Of a stretch of DNA of 64,000 bases, positions 9,917 through 17,376 are shown piece by piece (within the stretch, counting starts at the first letter, position 1; every line of letters starts with the position of its first letter). A program made the position numbers and the translations under genes. Source of the DNA: a bacterium (GTDB lineage: Bacteria; UBA8248; JACPRG01; G963555815); the NCBI GenBank assembly GCA_965218795.1, contig OZ244653.1:832001-896000 (forward strand). Direction: 5' to 3'. The notes under the pieces are model-generated. The model was not told the origin of the DNA. It did no database searches and was given only the letters and a program-made list of their open reading frames with translations.

Positions 9917-11674
9917 TTATTCGCCCGGACCACCGAGCTTTGCGGCCTCCAGCGCCTCTCGGACTCTGCCCCGGACAAACTCCCCCGCCCCATCGCGAGC
10001 AACCCAATCCGTTGTGCCGTCTCGTCGGGTCTTGAATTCCACTTTGTCATCGGCCAGGCCTTTGGGACCGATAACCACCTGGAACGGGACTCCCATCAGG
10101 TCGGCATCCTTGAATTTGACACCCGGACGTTCATCCCGGTCGTCCAGAAGGGCTTCAACCGAATTCTCACTCAGCGTCTGATAGAGCGATTCGGACGCTT
10201 CACGGGTAGCAGAATCCTTGTAATTGATCGGAATCACGACGACTTGGAAGGGAGCGATGGGCACGGGCCAGATGATCCCGTTTTCATCATTGTTTTGCTC
10301 GATAGCGGCCGCAATGGTTCGTCCGATACCGATCCCATAGCATCCCATCACAATCGTCCGGGATTCTCCAGCCTCATCAAGATAATCGGCGTCCATGGCC
10401 TCGCTGTACTTCGTGCCGAGCTTGAACACGTGACCGACTTCGATCCCGCGCATGATCCGAAGCCTCGTTCCGCACTTGGGACAGGGATCGCCTTCGGCCG
10501 CCACTCGGATATCCGCGAACTCGGGGATCCCGAAGTCCTTCCCGATCGTTGCGCCCGCAAAATGGTGGTCGTCTTCATTGGCGCCTAGAATCAGATCGGT
10601 TTGGCCCTGCACACTGAAGTCTCCGATCAACCGCATCTCTTCCCGAAAGCCGATGGGGCCGGCAAATCCGGTCCGGGCGCCCGTGACGCGCCGGGTTGTC
10701 TCCTCCCCCGCCAGGACCAGTTCCGTCGTATTCAGATAGTGCTTGAGCTTGGCTTCATTGATGTAGCAATCGCCTCGTACCATGGCTGCCACCGGCGAGC
10801 CGTCGGCTTCATAGATCAGGGTTTTGGTGATATCGGTCAGGTCCCGCTCGAAGAATTCGGCCACCTGCTCCGCGGTGGTGATTTCCGGCGTGTGGACCTT
10901 TCGGAGCGCGCTTTCCCCTTCGTTATTCACCGAGGCGGGACAGGCTTCAGGACGCCCGGACAGCGGTGTCCGCTCCACATTGGCCGCGTACCCGCATTTG
11001 TCACAAACGGTGATTGCCTCTTCGCCGGTCTCGGCATGGACCATGAATTCGTGAGAGAAAGAACCGCCGATCAGGCCCGACTCGGCCTCGACGGCCGAGA
11101 ACTGGAGCCCGCACCGGGCGAAAGTGCGGCAGTATGCGTCGAACATGGCCCGGTAACTGGCCTCGGCCCCCTCTTCGTCCCGATCGAAGCTGTAGGCGTC
11201 CTTCATGATGAACTCGCGGCCCCGCATGACACCGAACCGGGGCCGGATCTCGTCACGGAACTTCGTCTGTATCTGATACAGATTCAGTGGCAGGTCCCGG
11301 TAGGAACGTACATCCCGGCGGACCATATCGGTGATGATCTCTTCGTGGGTGGGACCGAGGCAGAAGTCCCTGTCGTGGCGGTCCCGGAGGCGAATCAGTT
11401 CCTTGCCATAAGCCTGCCAGCGGCCAGTCTCCTCCCACAACTCGGACGGCAGCATCACCGGGAGAAGGACTTCCTGGGCTCCGGCCCGGTCCATCTCCTC
11501 GCGAACGATGGCTTCGACCTTCTTCTGGACCCGCAGCCCCAGGGGGAGGAGGTTGTAAACTCCGGCCGCCAGCCTCCGGATGAGACCGGCACGGACCATG
11601 AGCGAGTGGCTGATCACCTCCGCGTCAGCGGGGTCTTCCTTCAGCGTGGGCAGAAAGCCACGGGAATGCCGCAT
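9917..11674 (-). CDS. proS: proline--tRNA ligase (bacterial type with INS editing domain)
   Basis: LGPTHEE, QTKFRDEIRPRFG, GIEVGHVFKLGTKYS, MGCYGIG. Confidence 0.99.
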   Translation of the reverse strand: MRHSRGFLPTLKEDPADAEVISHSLMVRAGLIRRLAAGVYNLLPLGLRVQKKVEAIVREEMDRAGAQEVLLPVMLPSELWEETGRWQAYGKELIRLRDRHDRDFCLGPTHEEIITDMVRRDVRSYRDLPLNLYQIQTKFRDEIRPRFGVMRGREFIMKDAYSFDRDEEGAEASYRAMFDAYCRTFARCGLQFSAVEAESGLIGGSFSHEFMVHAETGEEAITVCDKCGYAANVERTPLSGRPEACPASVNNEGESALRKVHTPEITTAEQVAEFFERDLTDITKTLIYEADGSPVAAMVRGDCYINEAKLKHYLNTTELVLAGEETTRRVTGARTGFAGPIGFREEMRLIGDFSVQGQTDLILGANEDDHHFAGATIGKDFGIPEFADIRVAAEGDPCPKCGTRLRIMRGIEVGHVFKLGTKYSEAMDADYLDEAGESRTIVMGCYGIGIGRTIAAAIEQNNDENGIIWPVPIAPFQVVVIPINYKDSATREASESLYQTLSENSVEALLDDRDERPGVKFKDADLMGVPFQVVIGPKGLADDKVEFKTRRDGTTDWVARDGAGEFVRGRVREALEAAKLGGPGE

Positions 11675-11784
11675 CGAGCTCTCCGAATTGAATCGCTATT
11701 TCAAGGGAGCCCGGTGCAGAAGGCTCCCATGGGCAAACGTGAATTCACAATGAAAGAGGAATTACGCAAAAATGGGGTGATCCA

Positions 11785-12969
11785 TCAGGGAATGACGGGC
11801 AACTTGACCCTGAGCCCTTCGGGCAGAGGGGGCTCCCAGACATCTTCTTCCTGTTCATCTGACTCCGCCTGGGCGGCCAAGGCGCCTTCCGCGGCCATTT
11901 TCTCGACTTCTTCGATCACGACATCATAAAAGTCGGGTTCGCTGACCTTCCGGTACTTCTCCCCTTTTTTGAAGATCATGCCTTCACCCTTCCCGCCCGC
12001 GATTCCGATGTCCGCGTCCTTGGCCTCGCCCGGTCCGTTGACCTCGCACCCCATCACGGCCACGGTGACGGGATATTTGATGTGCGCGAGCCCCCTCTCC
12101 AGCCGGTTGGCCAAGTCTTCTACATCGATCTGAATTCGACCGCAGGTTGGGCAGGCCACGACGTTCACTCCATGGTGGCGGAGTTCCAGCGACTTGAGAA
12201 TCTCGTAACCGACCTTCACTTCCTCCAGCGGGCTGGCGGCGAGGGAAACGCGGATCGTGTCGCCGACCCCTTCGGTCAGCAGAAGCGTAAAGGCCGCCGT
12301 GGTCTTAATGGCTCCGGTGACGTGAGCCCCCGCTTCGGTCACTCCCAGATGGAGCGGATAGTCGACCTTCTCGGAGATCAGCCGATAGGCCTCGACCGTT
12401 CGCCAGACGTCTGAAGCCTTGAGGGAAATCTTGAGCATGTCGAAGTTGTGTTTCTCGGCCAGCCCCACGTGTCGAAGAGCGCTCTCCACCATGGCTTCCG
12501 GAGTGGGACCGCCATATTTGTCGACCAGCTCGACCTCCAGAGAACCTGAATTGACGCCGATCCTGATCGGAACGCCCAAGTCGCGGCACGCCCGCGTCAG
12601 TTCCTCGACCTTGTGCTCCCCACCGCCCATCGCGCGAACGTTTCCCGGGTTGATGCGGATGCAGTCGATCCCGCCCTTGAGGGCCTCCAACGCCAGCCGG
12701 TAGTCGAAGTGGATGTCCGCGACCAACGGAATATTGGTTCCCGCCTTGATGGTTCGGATGCAACGGGCCGCGTCGATATCCGGGACGGCGATCCTCGCGA
12801 TCTCGCAGCCGACCTCTTCCAGGTCGTTGATCTGACGCATCGTCGCCATGGTGTCCCGGGTGTCGGTATCGCACATCGACTGCACAACCACCGGGGCCCC
12901 TCCGCCCACTTGGACGCTGCCGACATAGACCGGCCGGGTCAGCTTTTTGTTTTCAGCAGTTCGGGTCAC
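11785..12969 (-). CDS. ispG: 4-hydroxy-3-methylbut-2-en-1-yl diphosphate synthase
   Basis: PLVADIHF, RINPGN, RIGVNSGSL, HLGVTEAG, and CPTCGR...MGCEVNGPGE Fe-S ligands. Confidence 0.98.
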   Translation of the reverse strand: MTRTAENKKLTRPVYVGSVQVGGGAPVVVQSMCDTDTRDTMATMRQINDLEEVGCEIARIAVPDIDAARCIRTIKAGTNIPLVADIHFDYRLALEALKGGIDCIRINPGNVRAMGGGEHKVEELTRACRDLGVPIRIGVNSGSLEVELVDKYGGPTPEAMVESALRHVGLAEKHNFDMLKISLKASDVWRTVEAYRLISEKVDYPLHLGVTEAGAHVTGAIKTTAAFTLLLTEGVGDTIRVSLAASPLEEVKVGYEILKSLELRHHGVNVVACPTCGRIQIDVEDLANRLERGLAHIKYPVTVAVMGCEVNGPGEAKDADIGIAGGKGEGMIFKKGEKYRKVSEPDFYDVVIEEVEKMAAEGALAAQAESDEQEEDVWEPPLPEGLRVKLPVIP

Positions 12970-12978
12970 GCTGTTCCC

Positions 12979-14121
12979 TCAGGGACTGGGCGCGATGAAG
13001 CGCATGATGTCGTTGTAAAAGGCGAAGATCATCAGCAGGATGATAAACAGAAAACCTACCTGCTGGGCAATTTCGCGGGTCCTCAAATTCAGCGGTCTCC
13101 GCCTCAACCCCTCAATAAGGTAAAAGAAAATGTGCCCGCCGTCCAGCACCGGAATCGGCAGAAGGTTCAGCAGGGCGAGGTTGATGCTGAGGAAGGAAGC
13201 GAAGTAGAGGCAGTTCACTCCGCCCGCCTTGCAATGCCAGCCGGCCCGCTCGCCGATGAGAATCGGGCCGCCCAGTGACTCCCGCACGGGCACGGCTCCG
13301 CGGAAGATCAGGCCGATGGCCTGGCCCGTCTGCGAAATGATGCTCCAGGTCTGTAGAAATGAACGTCCCATGGAGGAAATCGGGTCGGGCGCCTTCCCTT
13401 CCGGATAAGGACCCAACCGGAGAACCCCTTCGGTCTGCACTCCGATCATGACCCGTTTTATCTTTTTGCCTGTGATGGATGACGTCTCGGTTATTTCCGG
13501 ACGAATGCGGACCTGTATCTCCCGCCCCTCTCGCAGAACCTTGAAGTCCAGCGCACGGCCTTCGCTGGCGCGCACGGCACGGACCAGCTCGTCCCATCGG
13601 TTCACCGGCACGCCGTCAATCCCGGTGACTTCATCGCGGGGCTGGATGCCGGCTTTTGCAGCGGGAGATTTTTCGACTACCTTCGCGATGGTCGGTGCCA
13701 GGAAGGGGGTCCCCGCCAGGGTAACTCCCCAGAAAACCAGGACGGCAAAAATGAGATTAAAGACCGGTCCCGCGAGCACCACCCACAAGCGCTGGTATAC
13801 GGGTCGTAAAGCAAACGATTTTTCCGGCGGGGGTTCCAGTTCCTCCGGCCCATCCTCTTCGCGGCCTTCCTCATCATGATGGCGGTGGACGGGGAAGTCG
13901 CTCACCTCCTGGCCCATCAGCTTCACGTATCCGCCCAGAGGGATGGCGGAGAGCATATATTCGGTCTCGCCGATCCTTTTTCCGACGAGTCTCGGGCCGA
14001 AGCCGAGGGAGAACTTCTCCACTCCAATGCCGAACTGTTTGGCCGCCAGGAAATGGCCCAATTCGTGGACGAGCACCAGGACGCCCAGAATCAGGATGGC
14101 GACAACCACGGTTGCAATCAA
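12979..14121 (-). CDS. rseP: RIP metalloprotease RseP (site-2 protease, single PDZ)
   Basis: HELGH zinc motif, PLGGYVK, PDZ domain, NLLPIPVLDGG. Confidence 0.97.
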   Translation of the reverse strand: MIATVVVAILILGVLVLVHELGHFLAAKQFGIGVEKFSLGFGPRLVGKRIGETEYMLSAIPLGGYVKLMGQEVSDFPVHRHHDEEGREEDGPEELEPPPEKSFALRPVYQRLWVVLAGPVFNLIFAVLVFWGVTLAGTPFLAPTIAKVVEKSPAAKAGIQPRDEVTGIDGVPVNRWDELVRAVRASEGRALDFKVLREGREIQVRIRPEITETSSITGKKIKRVMIGVQTEGVLRLGPYPEGKAPDPISSMGRSFLQTWSIISQTGQAIGLIFRGAVPVRESLGGPILIGERAGWHCKAGGVNCLYFASFLSINLALLNLLPIPVLDGGHIFFYLIEGLRRRPLNLRTREIAQQVGFLFIILLMIFAFYNDIMRFIAPSP

Positions 14122-14149
14122 ATTTTCCTCTCCGAACCAAGGCTGCGAG

Positions 14150-14857
14150 TCATCCGGAACTTCCGGGCACTCCAGGCGGCTTGACCACCTCTATCCCCGG
14201 AGGAATCGTAAAGGTAAATATCGCCATTGGGGGTACTTGGTCAACCCGAATTTTCTCGAAGCGAATATCGGTAATGTTGCCGAATGGGTCCACGATCGTG
14301 CTTCGGACAATCAGAAAGTCATCCTTTCGCACTTCCAGGCGCAGCTCCCGCAGGCCGGAATGAGTCGTCTTGGGGACCAGAGAGAGCCGGTAGACGTCCG
14401 CGTTTGATGTGTCGTCCCCTTTCGCCGGCTCCCGCAAGCGGACCGTAAACTCCGAACGGATGTCCCCATAGCCGGCCAGAAACGCCAGGGGCGTCTTGGA
14501 GCGAAAGGCTTCGCCGAATCGAGACACCACGACCTGCTTCAGTTCCGGCGTATAGACCCAAAAGCTAACGCCGTCGCTGACCAGGAGCTGTCTTTCCGGC
14601 GACTCGTATTCCCACCGCATCATCCCAGGCTTGCGGATGAAAACCCGGCCGGTGGATTGACGCGTTTCATCGAGAGACGCCAGAAAGGAGTCTTGGCGGA
14701 AACGGGCCTGGAAAAAATGAGTCTTCTCATAGCGGGACTGGACGCTTTCGACGATGGACGCCAGGTCGGAGGTCTCACCCCGGACGGTCCGCCCAATCCC
14801 GGCGAACAGAATCATTATCGCTGCTGAGACTAGGACCAGCCTCTGTATGCATTCCAC
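14150..14857 (-). CDS. lolA: outer-membrane lipoprotein carrier LolA
   Basis: Signal peptide; ARFRQ, KPGMMRWEY, LVSDG..WVY, FTFTIPPGIEV. Confidence 0.9.
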   Translation of the reverse strand: MECIQRLVLVSAAIMILFAGIGRTVRGETSDLASIVESVQSRYEKTHFFQARFRQDSFLASLDETRQSTGRVFIRKPGMMRWEYESPERQLLVSDGVSFWVYTPELKQVVVSRFGEAFRSKTPLAFLAGYGDIRSEFTVRLREPAKGDDTSNADVYRLSLVPKTTHSGLRELRLEVRKDDFLIVRSTIVDPFGNITDIRFEKIRVDQVPPMAIFTFTIPPGIEVVKPPGVPGSSG

Positions 14858-15528
14858 CCGAATTGCCTCGCCATGCGAATCAACAAAAAGCCCGCCAGGA
14901 AGCCGCCCACATGGGCGAACCAGGCGACGCTATCGGATCCCGCGCCCCCCAGTGAGAGCGTGCCCTGAAACAACTGGATGACGAACCAAAACCCCAAAAC
15001 CCAGAGAGCGGGCAGCTTGGCCATCTGAATGAAAAAGAACAAGAACAACAGGCAAAGCACCTGATGCCGCGGATAGAGAACCAAGTAGGCTCCCAAGACG
15101 CCCGCAATCGCCCCGCTCGCTCCGATCAAGGGAATTTGCGAGGACTGATTCAACAGCATGTGCCCCCAGGTTGCCGCGATTCCGGAGAGAAGATAGAAAA
15201 CCGCGAAGCGCGCGTGCCCCAGGTATTCTTCAATATTGTTTCCGAATATCCAAAGATACAGCATGTTGGAACCGAGATGGAGCCAGCCCGCGTGAAGGAA
15301 TAGGCAGGTAAAAATCGTCATCCAAGGCGGCAGGAAATAATCGGGAACCCTGGTTTCATAGAAAAAACGGACCGGAATCGCCCCCATCGACATGATCAGT
15401 TTTCTCTGCACCTCCGCACTCGGTGTCTGGAGCTCCATGAAGAATCCGATCAGATTGAGACCGATCAGCACAAAAGTGACGTAAGGGATGATCCGGGTGG
15501 GGTTGTCATCCTTCAGGGGCAGTAACAT
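14830..15528 (-). CDS. rhomboid family intramembrane serine protease
   Basis: FLHAGWLHLGSNMLYLWIFG, GASGAIAG catalytic Ser, AHVGGF catalytic His. Confidence 0.95.
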   Translation of the reverse strand: MLLPLKDDNPTRIIPYVTFVLIGLNLIGFFMELQTPSAEVQRKLIMSMGAIPVRFFYETRVPDYFLPPWMTIFTCLFLHAGWLHLGSNMLYLWIFGNNIEEYLGHARFAVFYLLSGIAATWGHMLLNQSSQIPLIGASGAIAGVLGAYLVLYPRHQVLCLLFLFFFIQMAKLPALWVLGFWFVIQLFQGTLSLGGAGSDSVAWFAHVGGFLAGFLLIRMARQFGWNAYRGWS

Positions 15529-15673
15529 CGCAGTCTCTCAGAATACGTGCCAAAGCATGCGGGGCGGGTCTTACGGCAACTGCCTGGACGAGGTTTTCGC
15601 GCCTTCCGTTCTTTCTCCAATGTATGCCGACGACTTCCGCCGTGCCATGTCAACCAGTGATTCTCAGAGAATT

Positions 15674-16297
15674 CTAATCTGCCGCGAGATTGCCGCGGTT
15701 CGTCTCGGACGGGAGGTCATCCATGAGGACACGATCGCCTTCGATTCGGATGCGTCCCTCCGCAAACCACCGTACGGCCATCGGATAGATCCGGTGCTCT
15801 TCCCGCAGGATTCGCTCCGACAGGGATTCCTCGTCATCCTTCTCGAACACAGGAACAGGAGCCTGCGCGAGGATCGGCCCGTGGTCCACCCATTCGTCGA
15901 CAAGGTGCACGGTGGCGCCCGATACCCGCACGCCGCGCTCCAGGGCCTGCTTCTGCGCATTCAGGCCGGGAAAAGCGGGGAGCAGCGAAGGGTGAACGTT
16001 CAGGATGGGAACGCTCGCGGCCCGAATGAAGTCACCACTGAGGATCCGCATAAACCCGGCGAGGCAAACGAGATCAACCGAGGCTTCTCGCAGCGCCGGC
16101 AAGGCCTCCCGCTCGAAGGACTTTTGTGGGATATATCGACTCGGAATCTTGTTCCGTTGAGACCGAACGAGAGCCGCAGCGTCCGCCACGTTGCTCAGGA
16201 CCAGGGCAATCCTCGATTTGAGGTATCCCGAATCGGCTGCATCCATCAGCGCCTTAAGGTTGGAACCCCGCCCGGAAACGAAAACCGATATGTTCAT
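15674..16297 (-). CDS. purN: phosphoribosylglycinamide formyltransferase
   Basis: SGRGSNL, LAGFMRIL, NVHPSLLPAFPG, VDHGPI. Confidence 0.98.
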   Translation of the reverse strand: MNISVFVSGRGSNLKALMDAADSGYLKSRIALVLSNVADAAALVRSQRNKIPSRYIPQKSFEREALPALREASVDLVCLAGFMRILSGDFIRAASVPILNVHPSLLPAFPGLNAQKQALERGVRVSGATVHLVDEWVDHGPILAQAPVPVFEKDDEESLSERILREEHRIYPMAVRWFAEGRIRIEGDRVLMDDLPSETNRGNLAAD

Positions 16298-17376
16298 GAC
16301 TCTACGGGTTCCAGGGTGACGCGGGCCCCGGATCCGGAGGCCGCATCGATTCCTCCAATTTTGTAGACCTCTTCCCCGGCCGACTGCAGAACCGTTATGG
16401 CTTCGTCGGCGTTGGATGAGGCAACCACCAAAATCAGCCCGATGCCTAGATTGAACACGTCGGCCATTTCTTCCGGAGAGATCGAACCCGCCGACCGAAG
16501 ATAATCGAACACGGGAGGTTCGGGCCAGGCACTCGGATCCACGACCGCCCGGCAGTCATCGCTCAGTATTCGGGAAAGATTTCCAGGTATTCCCCCGCCG
16601 GTGATGTGGGCGATGCCCTTGATGGGCGTTGTCGTCAGGGTTGCGCGAACGGCCCGGACGTACAGACGCGTGGGCGCCAGAAGCGCATTTGCCAGGGATT
16701 GCCCTCCCTCCCCGCCGGGAAGCGGAGAATCCAAACCCCTTCCCTCCTGATCCAGGATCCGGCGGATGAGGGAGAACCCATTACTGTGAGGGCCACTCGA
16801 AGACAGGCCAAGAAGCGTATCTCCCGGCCGAATTGCCCGTCCGTCAATCACGTGGTTCCGGTCCACGATGCCGACAGCGCAACCAGCCAGGTCATAACGG
16901 CCATTCGGGTAATAATCGGGCATCTCGGCCGTCTCCCCCCCCAGCAGCGCACAGCCCGCCTCCATGCAGGCATCCGCAATTCCGGCCACTACGTCGACCG
17001 CAAGCTCCGGATCGAGTCTGCCCATAGCCAGATAATCCAGGAAAAATAAGGGCTCTGCACCTTGCGCCAGCACATCATTGACACACATGGCGACCAGGTC
17101 CCAGCCGGCAACGGAATGCCGGCCGGCTCGGATGAGCAGATCCAGCTTTGTACCGACCCCATCCATCCCCGCGATCAGGACCGGCTCCCGGAACCCCCCA
17201 GGGATCCGCATGCACCCGCCGAAACCGCCGATCCCTCCTTCCACCTCCGACCGTCGCGTCCGATCGGCCAGTGCGCGCAGGCGCGGCACAATCGCGTCAG
17301 CCAGACGCAGGTCGACACCGGCTTCCCGGTACGCCGGCCTGTTCTTATCCGATTGGGGGGGATTGGATCGCGTCAC
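16294..17376 (-). CDS. purM: phosphoribosylformylglycinamidine cyclo-ligase
   Basis: YREAGVD, DGVGTK, LFFLDY, GGETAEMP, HSNGFSL, HITGGG. Confidence 0.98.
   Translation of the reverse strand: MTRSNPPQSDKNRPAYREAGVDLRLADAIVPRLRALADRTRRSEVEGGIGGFGGCMRIPGGFREPVLIAGMDGVGTKLDLLIRAGRHSVAGWDLVAMCVNDVLAQGAEPLFFLDYLAMGRLDPELAVDVVAGIADACMEAGCALLGGETAEMPDYYPNGRYDLAGCAVGIVDRNHVIDGRAIRPGDTLLGLSSSGPHSNGFSLIRRILDQEGRGLDSPLPGGEGGQSLANALLAPTRLYVRAVRATLTTTPIKGIAHITGGGIPGNLSRILSDDCRAVVDPSAWPEPPVFDYLRSAGSISPEEMADVFNLGIGLILVVASSNADEAITVLQSAGEEVYKIGGIDAASGSGARVTLEPVES

Noticed and set aside
11675-11784. T-box or terminator upstream of proS (GGGAGCC...GGCTCCC hairpin)
   Set aside because: No T-box consensus and no U tract; a lone 7-bp stem is not enough.
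15546-15653. Two TGGCACG motifs (minus strand) as sigma54 promoters, and a TTGACA box
   Set aside because: Neither has a TTGC -12 element at the right spacing, and the TTGACA has no correctly spaced -10.
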